Below, piece after piece: positions 12,431 to 26,636 of a DNA stretch of 64,000 nucleotides (positions within the stretch are counted from its first letter, which is position 1; each line of letters begins with the position of its first letter). The DNA lies in assembly GCA_951406725.2 (NCBI GenBank), contig OX597814.1:85994001-86058000 (forward strand), given 5' to 3'. This stretch comes from Octopus vulgaris. Taxonomy: Eukaryota. The position numbers and the translations under genes were made by a program. The notes under the pieces are model-generated. The model was given only the letters and a program-made list of their open reading frames with translations, did no database searches and had not been told where the DNA came from.

Positions 12431-12680
12431 TATTTATTGCTAATTCCAAGGCGGGAAATAAGTAGAGACGAGACGTTAAAACGTTAGGTAGGTAGAATGT
12501 GTTATGATGTTCGTTCCGGTTCTCTGTACTTGGAGTTCAAATTCCGTTGATGTCAAACTTACATTTAATCCCTTTGGGAATCAATAAATAAAGTACAAGG
12601 TAAGTACTGAGGTCGTTGCCTTCTCTCCTCCTTTTTTACTCTGTCGGGCTGTCTACGTCTCTCTTCCTCCCTCTCTCTCC

Positions 12681-12754
<74 letters not shown>

Positions 12755-12896
12755 TTTTCTCAATCAGCTACGTTTAATGAACCAACAGAATGGACATACA
12801 CATACACGCGTGTGCATATATGTGCATATGTATGTCTGTATGAATGCATATACATACATACATACATACATACATACATTACATACATACATACAC

Positions 12897-12943
<47 letters not shown>

Positions 12944-13260
12944 AACAAGCGTACGTGATTTTGCAAAAAAATATTCAATGCTTTAGAAGTCATTATTCGG
13001 GATCTTATTCAGTTCTTCAATTGGCTGAGGATTGGAAATGTGAAAACACTTTGTAGTGAGTCACAAAAGTTTCAGTAACGCATCTGTTAGTATAATGGTT
13101 GTGCGTAATATAAACATGTGTACAGATGAAATTACAAGTTCGAATTAAGCAATTAAGCTTAATGATAGTTATGTGCTAAATAACGTTGGGAGTAGAGCAA
13201 GAAACAGGAAGCTGGGACGTAAATAGATAGATAGATAGAGAGAGAGAGAGAGAAAGAGAG

Positions 13261-13323
<63 letters not shown>

Positions 13324-13331
13324 GAGACAGT

Positions 13332-13386
<55 letters not shown>

Positions 13387-13709
13387 GTAGGTAGGTAGGC
13401 ACGTACGTAGGTAGGTTGTTGAATAAGTAGATAGCTGGTTGGAGAGAGAGAAAGAGATGCAGACAGGCAGAGATGGGTTCGTATGTAGAGAAGACGTAAA
13501 ATATGTATGCAGAGACTGTGTTGGATAGGTGCTTTACAAAAAATGAGGACAAAGGAAACAAAATGAGAAAAAGGGTTAAATTATTACTTTTCATGATAAC
13601 AAAATAACGAAAATATTTCATTAAAAATATCTCAGAGAAACACAAAAGAAACTTTTAAATATGATTCTATAACAGTAATAACAACAATATCAAATAAATA
13701 TTGATTTTA

Positions 13710-13915
13710 AAGATTAGCACAAGGCAAGCGAGTTCGGTAAGTGGAAGTAAGTCGGTTGCATCGATCCCGGTGTCTGGCTAATACTTATTTTATTGACCAC
13801 GAAAGGATGAAGGGCAAAGTCGACCTCAGCGGAATTTGAACTCAGAACCGTGAGACGGACGAAATGCCTCTAAGCATTTTGCCCGGCGTGCTAACGATTC
13901 TGCCAGCTCGCCGCC
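13710..13915 (-). mobile_element. tRNA-derived SINE family B (Meta-domain-like)
   Basis: Reverse complement of ggcggcgagctggcagaatcgttagcacgccgggc...gttctgagttcaaattccgc(t/c)gaggtcgactttgcc. Confidence 0.9.
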
Positions 13916-13927
13916 TATTTTTATTAA

Positions 13928-14140
13928 GGGGGCGAGCTGGTAGAATCGTTAGCACGCCAAGCAAAATACACTTATCGACATTTCGTCCGTCTCTACGTTC
14001 TGAGTAGAAATTCCACCGAGGTCTACTCTGCCTTTATCCTTTCGGCGTCGCTAAACTAATTACCAGTTGGACACTGGATTTGATGTAATCGAATTCCCCA
14101 TCCTCCCGATCCTGTTGGCCTTGTGCCAAAATTTAAAACC
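13928..14140 (+). mobile_element. SINE family B
   Basis: gggggcgagctggtagaatcgttagcacgcc...ttccaccgaggtc...ggccttgtgccaaaattt. Confidence 0.88.
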
Positions 14141-14246
14141 CATATTATGATAATAAATACAACATTATGACATTTTGGGAATAAAACTCAGCATTATAAA
14201 ATTAACAAATAAACACATTGTCACGTCAACATTATGGTATTATAAC

Positions 14247-14560
14247 GCAGCGAGCTGGCAGAAACGTTAACATGCCGGGCGAAATGCTTAGTGGTATTTC
14301 GTCTGCCGTTACGTTCTGAGTTCAAATTCCGCCGAGGTCGACTTTGCCTTTCATCCTTTAGGGGTCGATTAAACAAGTACCAGTTATGCACTGGGGTCGA
14401 TATTATCGGCTTAATCCGTTTGTCTGTCCTTGTTTGTCCTAAAGAAATAGGTATTTCGTCTGTTTTTACGTTCTCAGTTCAAACTCCGCCGAGGTCGACT
14501 TTGCCTGTTATCCTTTCGGGGTCGATAAATTAAGTAAAATTTCGGGTCTTGTGCCTATTC
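14247..14560 (+). mobile_element. SINE family B, dimeric form (B-box/Meta segment duplicated)
   Basis: gttctgagttcaaattccgccgaggtcgactttgcc occurs twice (~14312 and ~14470). Same architecture as 18895-19270. Confidence 0.88.
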
Positions 14561-14663
14561 TTAGCATAGTGAACAACTTGAACATTTTGATAGGAATATA
14601 TTGACTACAACACAATCATAAGAAAAACATCTGCATGTAATAGCAAACAACAATATCAGCATC

Positions 14664-14830
14664 ATAGGCTGTGGTTAAGAAGCTCACTTTGCAACTACGT
14701 GGTTTGGGGTTCAGTTCCAATGCGTGACACATTGGGCAAGTGTCTTCTAATATAGTCCCGGGCTGAGAAATGACCTATGAGTGAATTTGGTAGACGGAAA
14801 CTATGTGTAAAGTCATCGTATATATTATGT
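14664..14830 (+). mobile_element. SINE family A, 5' half
   Basis: ggctgtggttaagaagc...ggttcagttcca..cattgggcaagtgtcttct...tttggtagacggaaact. Confidence 0.8.
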
Positions 14831-14864
14831 ATACGTGTGTGTGTATGTATGTGTGTGTAACTTT

Positions 14865-15298
14865 ATGGGTTTTAGTTGAATAAATCGACTCCAGAACTTC
14901 TTCTTTGTAAGTCTAGTACTTATTCTATCGGTTTTTTGCCGAGCCTCTAAGTTACGGGGGCGTAAACACACCAACATCGGTTGCCAAGTGTTGTAGGGGG
15001 GTACAAACACAGGCACAAAGACACACACATAAATATATAGATACATATATATGTGTGTGTGTGTGTGTGTGTGTATGTATATGTATATGTATATATTTAT
15101 ACGTATATGTGCGTGTATATATATATATATATATACAAAAACGACGAGTTCCATCTACCAAATCCACTCACAAGGCCCTGGTCAGCCCGTGGTTATAGAA
15201 GACACTTGGTTATAGAAGACACAAGGTATTACTCAGTGGGACTGAACCCGGAACCATGTGGATGGAAGCAAGCTTCTTACCATACAGTCACGCTTGCG
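14865..15298 (-). mobile_element. SINE family A with expanded internal microsatellite
   Basis: Both halves present (ctagtacttattctatcgg...; ctaccaaatccactcacaagg...cagtgggactgaacccggaaccatgtgg), separated by (TG)n/(TA)n. Confidence 0.85.
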
Positions 15299-15300
15299 AT

Positions 15301-15384
<84 letters not shown>

Positions 15385-15395
15385 TATATGTATAC

Positions 15396-15458
<63 letters not shown>

Positions 15459-15595
15459 ACGACCTCGAACACACAAGTGCAAACAAGGGAGTCAGAGAAA
15501 GGCAGAATGCTACTTATATCTGAACACTACTATAGAAATATTCTTTTAAAAAAACTTTTCTTATAATTTTTCTAAATTTAATTATTTAATCGTTA

Positions 15596-15633
15596 CAGTT
15601 GAAAAGGTCTCAAAATGACCGAAACCGGTACTG
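15596..15633 (+). ncRNA. Minimal type I hammerhead ribozyme, U3:A8 core variant (PLE 3' fragment ~15460-15687)
   Basis: cag TTGAAAA GGTC tcaaaat GACC GAAAC CG GTA ctg. Stems I and II intact, palindromic stem III ACCGGT, GUA triplet. Confidence 0.75.
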
Positions 15634-15682
15634 AAAGATTCACTATAAAAGTATCTTAGCATTTTCTATTTTTGACTTGTTT

Positions 15683-15727
<45 letters not shown>

Positions 15728-15730
<3 letters not shown>

Positions 15731-16500
15731 CAGTGAAAGAACACAACAAGCGGAAACCATCAAAGCACAACATGCGGGAAAATGGATGATAACATGACAA
15801 ACGGCAAACAGGACAAAAACAAGATACACGGATCGTTCGCACCCGATAACCTCTTCAGTTTGTGTTCGGAATGTCTCTGAAGTGTCTCTCCCCTTATCTC
15901 TGATGCTTCTCAAATCCGGCGGGGGCCAGGGATTTAAGCAAAAAGCATTAAGCCTATGGGAAAGGCAAACGAATGTGTACAAGAACGAAAACAGGAACTG
16001 AAACAAAAACAAGGAAGCTAGAATTATACACGACTATACAATAGAAAGGAAAAAATCTTTTGTACATATATGAATATAAATAAATAAATAATAGAGTATT
16101 TCGACTATCAAACGAACATAACGTTATGAAATAGAATATACACATACAATTGAAAAACGCCTTTCAGTTATACAACAAAAGGAAAATAATTGTACAAATG
16201 CAGCCAGACGAGCGTGGTATGCTGGCGCAAAGGAAAATGGACCGGGTGGCAGGACAGGTGGACAGGACCAGCCTATATATTTATGTATATATAGTCAATT
16301 CAAAGAACAAACAATATAAAAAAAGAGAAGAGAGAAAAAAGAGAAAAAAACGAACGTGAGGCAGTGCACAAGAATTATATTAGTTTGACGCTCGGTGAAA
16401 GGAGAGAGTTTTTAACGTTTCGAGCAAGGCTCTTCGTCGGAAAGAAGAAAGGGAAAAGTCCAAATAAAAGGAAAATCCCCAATGCTTCACGTGTGATTAC
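15728..16500 (-). mobile_element. PLE-like terminal fragments, including a hammerhead motif at 16409-16443
   Basis: Purine-rich on the plus strand and abuts (TA)n. Minus strand: ttt CCGACGA A GAGC ctt GCTC GAAACGTT aaa, a close relative of the 9246 and 25789 motifs. Confidence 0.55.
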
Positions 16501-16989
16501 ATTTCTGTGGATTACGTTAACTTTTAATTCATTCGGAGTATGTTTATGTATATATGTATGTGTGTGTCCTTCTTTTGTGTTTCTCCCCTCCACCGCTTGA
16601 CAATATGTGTTGGTCTGTTTACATCCCTGTAACTTACCTTTTAGTAAAAGGGGGCGATGGAATAAGTCCAAGACTTAAAATAAGCACCAGGGTTCATTTA
16701 TGCGACTAAATCTTTCAAGACGGTTCCCCAGCAGAGCTACAACAAATAAATAACAACGGATAATTTTTTTTTAATATATAACAGCATTTAACATTCATTA
16801 TGATAATTACGTCGAAATATCAACATTATAACAATATCCAGTCAGCAACATTATGTCAGCAAAGAAGAAAAAACAATTACAATACTAACATTATTACAAT
16901 AATAGCTAACAATCCTATACACAAGCTGTTCTGAACCCAGTACACAGCTCATAGTTAATTTATAGACCTCGAAAGGATAAAAGACAAAG

Positions 16990-17491
<502 letters not shown>

Positions 17492-17815
17492 GATATATTC
17501 CGAAGTTTACAGTCCTGTTGTTGTCGTATTGGCTCAATATGTTACTTGGGTTTTGATGCATCACAGTCAGTTGGTGATCCCTTGATCCTGTATAAACTTC
17601 TTTTACATAATTTGTATCTACACATACACAAATGATGTGTTGGATCAGTTATTGAACTGAATATTGTAAATATTTCTTGCAGACCAATGGTGGGATAAAA
17701 TGCAACGCTGAAGCTGATTCGCTAAATTTAAAATATGTCATTAATCAACAAAATTAATTAACCTTCAACTATCATCTGTGCCACCGTTAAAGATCTGATA
17801 ATAATATATTATAAA

Positions 17816-18020
17816 GCGGCGAGCGAGCAGAATCGTTATCACACCGGACTATATGCTTAGCGGCATTTCGTCCGACTTTACGTCATTCTGTGTTCAAATT
17901 ACGCCAAGGCTGATTTGCCTCTCATCACTTCGAAATCGATAAAATAAGTACCAGCTGGGATCGATGTAATCAACTTACTCCTTCCTCCGAAATTGCTGGC
18001 CTTGTGCCAAAATTTGAAAG
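17816..18020 (+). mobile_element. SINE family B
   Basis: gcggcgagcgagcagaatcgttatcacaccgg...gttcaaattacgcc...ggccttgtgccaaaatttgaa. Confidence 0.85.
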
Positions 18021-18074
18021 CAGTATCACAATATATTGTATTAAGATAATAACAACAACAATAATAATAATAAT

Positions 18075-18136
<62 letters not shown>

Positions 18137-18419
18137 TGATGATGATGATTTCAAATTTTGGTAAAAGGCCAGTAGTTTCAGAGAGTGAGGGTTAGTTGCG
18201 TGATTATATGGTTTATGATTTAAGTTTGCATGCTTTTGAAATAACAAAGGATTGAAGTTAAACATAGTTTCATATTATATATTTGAGAGGATTAATAAAG
18301 TTGGTTGATTAGTTATCATTAGTCATGTTTATACATCTTGCAAGAAGCAAATCAATTCTATAAATGTTTCCCCAGCACAGTACAGCAAGTGAGCTTGCTA
18401 GTATAAACATTTTGATGGC

Positions 18420-18590
18420 GGGATAAGTCGATTACATTAACTTCAGTACTCAGACGGTACGTATTTATCGACTCTGAAAAGATGAAAGACAAAGGCGACT
18501 TCGGCGGAATTTGAACTCAGAATATAAAGATGGACGAAATGCCGCTAAGCATTTTACCCACCGCACTGAGGATTCTATCTGATCGTCGCC
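18420..18590 (-). mobile_element. SINE family B
   Basis: gatgaaagacaaaggcgacttcggcggaatttgaactcagaa...gacgaaatgccgctaagcattt. Confidence 0.8.
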
Positions 18591-18594
18591 ATAA

Positions 18595-19960
18595 ACAACA
18601 ATCACAGTATCAACATTACAACATCAAGCAGTGTCGAGATTATGATAACAATATCAAACAATATAAGCATTATAAAAACAATATCAGCATTATCATAAAA
18701 ACCAAGAAAAACTTAATGATAGAACTACGTTGAGATACGTAAAAGCCCAGTAACAACAGCTATAATATCAACATTATTACAGCAATATCAAACAATATGC
18801 ACATTATGATAACAATAGCAATAACAATATTGACATTTATAACAATATCAAAAATATCAACATTATGAAACGACAACATACAAACATTACGAAAGTGGCA
18901 GAATCGTTAGCACGCCGGGGCGAAATGCTTAGTGGTATTTCGCTGCCGCTACGTTCTGAGTTCAAATTCTGCCGAGGTCGACTTTGCCTTTCATTCTTTC
19001 GGGGTCGATTAAATAAGTACCAGTTACGCACTGGGGTCGATATTATCGACTTAATCCGTTTGCCTGTCCTTGTGTGTCCTCTCTGTGTTTAGCCCCTTGT
19101 GGGTAGTAAAGAAATAGGTATTTTGTCTGTTTTTACGTTCTGAGTCGAATTTTGCTTTTCATTCTTTCAGGGTAGATAAATTAAGTACCAGTTGTGTACT
19201 GGAGTCGATCTAATTGACTGGCCCCTTCCCCCAAATTTTCAGGCCTTGTGCCTATAATAGAAAGGATTATTACGACAATATTTCAAGCAGTATTTACATT
19301 ACGTATATCATAAATAACAAACAATATAAACATTATGAAAACATCACGAATATTATGATATCAAACAGTTTAACAACAACTAAAAGATCACTATTATTAC
19401 AACAATATCAAACAATATTTATATTATGTATACCATTAATAACAAGCAATATTATTAACATTATTTATAGCAATATCTAACAAGATGAACATTATGAAAA
19501 CGATATCAACGTTGTGATACCAAACAGCTTAACAACAACTACAATATCAACATTGTTTGATATTACAATAATATCAAACAATATTTCTATTAAGTATAAA
19601 TAACAAACACTATCATTAACATTATGTAAAACAATAATATCTAAGAATTGAACACATTATGATAAAAGCATCAACATTATGACACCAAACAGCTTAACAA
19701 CAACTACAATATCAACATCATTACAAAATCTATCATACGATATTATCATCACGTATGACAACAATATCACACAATACAAATATTGTAACAACCAATACAT
19801 ACCAGGCAACATCATCAACCACAACAATAGTTCGACAGCGAAATCAAAACACTCTCAATCACTCTCGCACACCGCTCATCACACCGCCATCAACAACAGC
19901 AACAAAAACAAGAACAACAGCAATAACCCCATTCACCTGCTAATCTTAACACGGAAGGGG
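18595..19960. repeat. Degenerate A/C-rich minisatellite (aacaatatcaacattat-like) with ~160-bp higher-order repeats, interrupted by a SINE
   Basis: caaacag(t/c)ttaacaacaact recurs at ~19362, ~19521 and ~19686. Confidence 0.65.
18895..19270 (+). mobile_element. SINE family B, dimeric form
   Basis: tggcagaatcgttagcacgccggggcgaaatgcttag...gaggtcgactttgcctttcattctttcggggtcgattaaataagtaccag; second unit from ~19115. Confidence 0.9.
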
Positions 19961-20440
19961 GGAGAAAAATCAACATCATCAACAAGAACACCAGCAGCAA
20001 CAAAAATAGTATCTTAACGCAAACACTAATAATGGAGGAAGGCAGGCAAAAGTGGGCTTGGCCTTAGCAAACAGTCGGCCATATTGGCAGCTGCAGACGA
20101 TGCGCGTGCCGAAAGTCACACAATGAGCGAATGAGAAGCACTGGATAGCCGAGATGGGCGTGGTTAATGCGCCAACAAAACGCTAAGTGGAGAGACAATT
20201 CACAAATGCTTTTCAGTTGATGTTAAAAGGCTTTTCACGCAAATTGTCGAGCCAAGGTTTTTTGTGAGGAGGCATTTTTTTACCCACCGGATCTCCTGAT
20301 CAACGTAAGGTAGGTAGGCTTACGCTACCGTTTTTGGAGGCCTGCATATTTTTCTAAACCCCCGTCGTTTAATGCCATTGTTGTTATAGTTGATTTTGTT
20401 GTGGCTGTTGCTGTTGTAGAAAGTGATAGAAAGTAAGACA

Positions 20441-20471
<31 letters not shown>

Positions 20472-20559
20472 GTATATACGTATATAAATACATACATTCA
20501 TGTATATATATATATATATATGTTTAAAGGCATTCCAACAGTGGCCATCCCGTGTGACC

Positions 20560-20759
20560 AACCTTAATTAAGCAAATATCTGATCAAACGCATACCAGAT
20601 CTGCCATCCCATCGTTCTACTTATATCAGAGTATAAGTTCCTCATTATCAAACGTGTCCTATTTTAAGATAATATGGTATGATTTCATAAAGATTAGGCT
20701 GCTATTTCTAGTAGGTCATCGAGGTGTCTTCTCTACATTCGCTATATTTCCCGTGTTAT

Positions 20760-20813
<54 letters not shown>

Positions 20814-21140
20814 GCATTATATAATACAACTGCATCCGTATTTGAGTTTCTTTTTGCTGTTGCTGTTGCTGAATTAGTTCTTGTTGTTATTATCATTGTT
20901 GTTGTTGTGGTTGATGATAATGATGACGAGATTGTTGCTGTTGTTCTTGTCCTTGTCGTTGTTGCTGTTTAACACCAGATCAGCCGTAATCGAACAAACA
21001 TTTTACATGAGGTGTGACTATCTCTCTATCCCATCGTTTTATATAACTATGGCTACATTGCCGATGTGACATCTTCTGAAGGTTAGTTATGAATTAAGGA
21101 TGATTCGACTGCTATTTCTACCACACCAACCGACCATCTA
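20560..21140 (-). mobile_element. Two decayed copies of another short interspersed family associated with (GTT)n tails
   Basis: Shared atcccatcgtt...ctgctatttcta at 20560-20725 and 20965-21140. Similar pieces near 4820-4880 and 53215-53260. Confidence 0.45.
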
Positions 21141-21468
21141 CAAGTAAAATGTTCCTATGGATATACATGAGTCTGTTTGTATGTATATGTATGTATTTAT
21201 GCGTGCCTGTGTGTGCGTATGGTGGGTTACCCTACTTCGTTCATACTATTCGTACGTAAATTGTAAAATGTTACAGACCAAAAGTATTACATATACATAC
21301 ATACATACATACATATATTTGCTGAAACTACCATGTGCTTAAATCAAACGAAGGGCCTCGCGGGTTTCAAGCAAAGTTCTTAACCACTGGCATATATATA
21401 TATAACTATACGTATACATATATAGTATATATATACGTACATATATACTGTATATATATAATACATAC

Positions 21469-21510
<42 letters not shown>

Positions 21511-21690
21511 GTGTGTGTGTGTGTGTGTGTGTTTGTGTTTGAGCACTTTCGAAATTCGACTTACAACCACGTGGTTACTGGTTTCAGTCCCATTGCAGGG
21601 CATGTTGTGCGAGCGGTCTGCCGCCATAGCCTTGCGCTCACCAATACCTTGTGAGTGAAATTTAATGCAAGGAAACTATGCAAAAGCCAA

Positions 21691-21726
<36 letters not shown>

Positions 21727-21730
21727 CCAC

Positions 21731-21784
<54 letters not shown>

Positions 21785-21794
21785 TTATTTATAA

Positions 21795-21862
<68 letters not shown>

Positions 21863-21867
<5 letters not shown>

Positions 21868-22015
21868 GAAATGAGGTACTCAGAAATTCAGATGGTTTTA
21901 TATTTACAGATATTTATTTGTATATTACATGTTTTTATACATCATATATCATATATCATATATCATATATAAGCGCTTTCGTCCTTTCTAGTGGAGTTGT
22001 CAAATTGAACTAACT
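21863..22015 (-). mobile_element. PLE-like terminal fragment in (TA)n with a U3:A8-type hammerhead motif (21968-22006)
   Basis: Near-identical start (tagaagaaatgaggtactcagaaa) to 36641. Minus strand: TTGACAA CTCC actagaaa GGAC GAAA GCGC TT. Confidence 0.6.
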
Positions 22016-22016
22016 G

Positions 22017-22084
<68 letters not shown>

Positions 22085-22465
22085 TGTCCGTATGTATTAT
22101 GTATGTGTGCGTGAGTGTGTACGTGTGGCTGTGTGTGCGAGAGAGTTGCAACAAACGCACGCATACACACACACACACTCGCGCGCGCATATGTGGTTAG
22201 TGCTAATGTATACACTAGCGTAAGATCCACTTTATGTACAGTTTCCAATCGGCTCCAAAAATCAGAGATGAATCAAATAAGTAAAGGGCTAATAGCAAAA
22301 ATTATGCTAGGGTAGATTTCTATCGATTAAATCAGGAAAGATGCACCCCCACCATTGCATTGCCACAATCCAATAACAAGAGTCAGCAAAAGAGTCAATA
22401 TAATATATTATATTTACACGTGTTATATCTATATATGTAAAAGTATACACAAACATCTGTACATG

Positions 22466-22504
<39 letters not shown>

Positions 22505-22658
22505 ACTGTATGATATATGCGTACATATATATATAGTATATAATATATGCATACATACAGATATGTATACATACAAGCTTATATATATATATATATATAT
22601 AGTATATGATGTATGCGTACATATAGATATATATAGTATATAATAAATGCATACGTGC

Positions 22659-22721
<63 letters not shown>

Positions 22722-22928
22722 TGTATGTATATATATATACATAGTATATGATATATGCGTACATATACATATATATAGTATATAATATATGCATACATAC
22801 AGATATGTATACATACATATATATATACATATATATACTTATATATATATATGTATATATATATATACATATACATATATATATATATACATACACATAA
22901 TACACACACACACATATATTATATATAA

Positions 22929-23092
22929 ATCCTTTTAAGTCGTTCAGTTTTTTTCAACTGATCAATAGACCTCTTGAGTAAGCCAAATGAATAACGTATC
23001 AATAATGACCACTAGAAACAGCTGTTAGCTAAATTCGCTCTGATAAAGGAAAAATATGTAATAATCATTATTTATACTTTGTCTCATAAATG

Positions 23093-23123
<31 letters not shown>

Positions 23124-23305
23124 GAATGTATGTATGTGTGTATGTATGTGTGTATGTATGTATGTATGTATGTATGTATGTATGTATGTATGTATGTATG
23201 TATGTATGTATGTATAAGACAAGGTATAAGTTATAGTCATTACATATTCTTCCTTTATTAGAGCGGATATGGCTTACAGCTGTTTCTGGTGGTCATTATA
23301 GGTGC
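22929..23305. mobile_element. Convergent pair of related PLE-like terminal fragments flanking a (TA)/(TATG)n tract
   Basis: 23003-23090 is a diverged inverted copy of 23212-23300, sharing taatgacca..agaaacagctgt..agc..cgctct..taaaggaa..atatgtaat. Confidence 0.7.
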
Positions 23306-23442
23306 GTTTTAATATGTGCGCGCGCGCGTGTGTGTGTGTGCGCGCGCGCGCGTGCGGTTCAATTCCACCTAAAGTTCCGCACGCGTGTATATATATTCCC
23401 ACTCACAAAGACACACACATACATATATATACATACATATAC

Positions 23443-23506
<64 letters not shown>

Positions 23507-24179
23507 GTGATGTTTTGTTATTAACGTTTGTTACTTGTCATAGTATATCACAAATCTCATTGACGTGTTTGCTATTGACATAGAACTTATTGCCGTTGTT
23601 GTCGTTGTTGTTGTTGTTGCTATTGTAGTTGTTGTTCTCTTCGTTATTGTTGAAACTATCAATACCTAAATTATGTTTTGCGGAATTTCTTCTGTTTTTT
23701 GTTTGTTTGTTTTTTTGTTTTGTTTTTTATTTTTGGTGGGGGATAGGTTCTAAGTTCATATTACCGCTGAAGTCAACTTTGCCTGCCATCCATTTTTGGG
23801 TTACATAAAATAGATGTCTCATTCAAGTAGTTGGGGGTCAAAGCCTTTTCTTCCAAATTGCTGGTTTGTGTATCATATACTGTTATATTATCCTTAGTAA
23901 TGAAGAGGAACAGCAGACAACAATTAGTAGGATCCGAATAACCCTGGACAAATAAGTTTGCAATATTTAACCATGTTCTTTTACATCTTGGGTTCAAATC
24001 CCGCAAGGATTGATACAATGCAATCTTCGGGCGATTACATATAAATACGATTACATATAAATAAAAGGAACAATATCCTACACTTTGTAGCATTTCACCC
24101 GAGTTTGGGAATTTATTATTATTATTGTTGTTAATATTATTATTATTATTATTATTATTATAATTATTATTATTATTAT

Positions 24180-24232
<53 letters not shown>

Positions 24233-24521
24233 ATAGTAGTAGTAGTAGTAGTAGTAGTATTATTATTATTATTATTATTATAACTATTATTATTATTACT
24301 ACTACTACTACTATTATTATTGCAATTGTTATTATTTATATCATTGTTGTCGTCGTCATCATCATCATCGATATCATCATCATTATGCAATCATGTTCGC
24401 CCCTTAAATTCGGCAGAAATAATAAGTATGCATCAATCATCTATATTCTTGGATATTTATGTGTGTGTGTGCGCACGCGCGTATACATACATACGTATAT
24501 ACATATACATGTATATACATA

Positions 24522-24647
<126 letters not shown>

Positions 24648-24689
24648 CATATGTAATACATATATGTATGTATATACATATATTCCTTT

Positions 24690-24895
24690 ATTCTTTTATT
24701 CTTATATTTGTTTCAGTCATTTGACTGCGGTCATGCTAGAGCACTGCCTTTAGCCGAACAAATCGACCCCAGGAGTTATTCTTTGTAAGCCTAGTACTTA
24801 TTTTATCGGTCCCTTTTATCGAACCGCTAGCTTACGGGGACGTAAGCACACCAACATGTCTTGTCAGGCGATGATAGGGGGACAAACACAGACAT
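24690..24895 (-). mobile_element. SINE family A, 3' half
   Basis: tgtttcagtcatttgactgcggtcatgctagagcactgcc...aagcctagtactta...gggggacaaacacagac. Confidence 0.85.
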
Positions 24896-24928
24896 ATAAA
24901 CATATATATATGTATACACATATACATA

Positions 24929-24975
<47 letters not shown>

Positions 24976-25019
24976 GTATATATGTATGTGCATACATATA
25001 TATGTATATATATGTGCGT

Positions 25020-25114
<95 letters not shown>

Positions 25115-25628
25115 TACACACATATATATATATGCATGTATACACAGATAGACAGTTAACTGTATGTGTGTGGATGTACGTGTACAAGAATATTTATTCA
25201 TGTACACACATACACTTGACAAATTCGCGCGCGCGCGTATATATGTGTTCCAAATTTTGGTAAGAGACCAGCAATTTCATTGGGTTTGGGCTTAGTGGAT
25301 TATATCGACTCCAGAAGTTGATTGATATTTTATTTTACAACCCCGAAAAGATAAACGACAAAGTTTCTTTCAGCGGTATTTGAACTCACAACGTAAACAG
25401 CTGGAAAGAAATACCGCTTAGCATTTTATTCGGGCGAAGGAAAAATTCTTGTGACCTTATAATAATAACTACAAGAACTAGAACAAAAATAATAAGAAGG
25501 ATCCTTTTTTAAGCACAAAGCCTTAAATTTGGGTGAAGGAAGGGTAATAGTCATTTACATCGACCCCTGTACTGCTCCTTATGTTACCGAACCGAAGAGG
25601 ACGAAAGATGAAGTTGACCTTAGAAGAA

Positions 25629-25697
<69 letters not shown>

Positions 25698-25709
25698 GTG
25701 TGTAATCCA

Positions 25710-25917
25710 CATACATATATGACCGCGTGTGTACCGTTGGCGATTGTTTTCCTCTGTCTTCCCTTCTCTGGATCTTTCCTTCTCCTATGTTTCTGACGAA
25801 GAGCTCCGCTCGAAACGTTAAACCCTCCTTCTTTCCTTCTTTCCTGAGCGTCCAATAATACTATATTTGTTCCACGTCCTCGCGTTGTTATTTTTTTTTG
25901 TGCTTTCTTGTTTGGAT

Positions 25918-25921
<4 letters not shown>
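25710..25921 (+). mobile_element. PLE-like terminal repeat fragment ending in (TA)n
   Basis: Pyrimidine-rich island carrying a canonical hammerhead, similar in layout to the 9151-9340 terminus. Confidence 0.65.
25789..25823 (+). ncRNA. Minimal type I hammerhead ribozyme, canonical core
   Basis: gttt CTGACGA A GAGC tcc GCTC GAAAC GTT aaac. All core positions conserved, palindromic stem III. Confidence 0.8.
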
Positions 25922-25989
<68 letters not shown>

Positions 25990-26220
25990 TGTACATACAT
26001 ATGTACATACATACATACATACATACATACATACATACATACATACATACATACATACATACAAGCATATATAAATATATATATATATCCATGTGCATAT
26101 ATGTGTGTATGTATATAAATATGTATAGAGACCTGCATTCATACACACCATCTATCTACTTATATGCTTTATCTATTTTTCTATTTTATGCGTACATTTT
26201 CATTTTCTTCTTTACACATA

Positions 26221-26636
26221 GGCGCAGACGTAGTTGCGTGCTAAGAAGCTTGCTTCCCAACCACATAGTTCTGGGTTCAGTCCCACTGCGTAGCACCTTG
26301 GGCAGGTGTCTTCTGTTATAGCCTCGGGCCGACCGAAGCCTTGTGAGTAGATTTGGTAGACGGAAACTGAAAGAAGCTGGTCGTGTATATAAATATATGT
26401 ATATATATTTATGTGTGAGTGTCTTTGTGTCTCTGTTTGTCCCACCCCAACATCGCTTGACAACCGATGTTGGTGTGTTTATGTCTCCAAAACTAGCGGT
26501 TCGGTAAAAAAAAAAGACCGTTAGAATAAGTACTGGGCTTACAAAGCATAAGTTCTTGGGTCGATTTCTTCGATCAAAGGCGGTGCTCCAACATGGCCGC
26601 AGTCAACTACCTGAAACGTGTAAAAGAGCAAAAGAG
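26221..26636 (+). mobile_element. SINE family A, full length
   Basis: tRNA-like head with B box ggttcagtccc, CORE-like accttgggcaggtgtcttct, internal short TA/TG tract, 3' aaagag tail. Confidence 0.92.

Noticed and set aside
26221-26300. tRNA-like A/B boxes at SINE heads
   Set aside because: No full cloverleaf; they continue into SINE bodies, so they are not tRNA genes.
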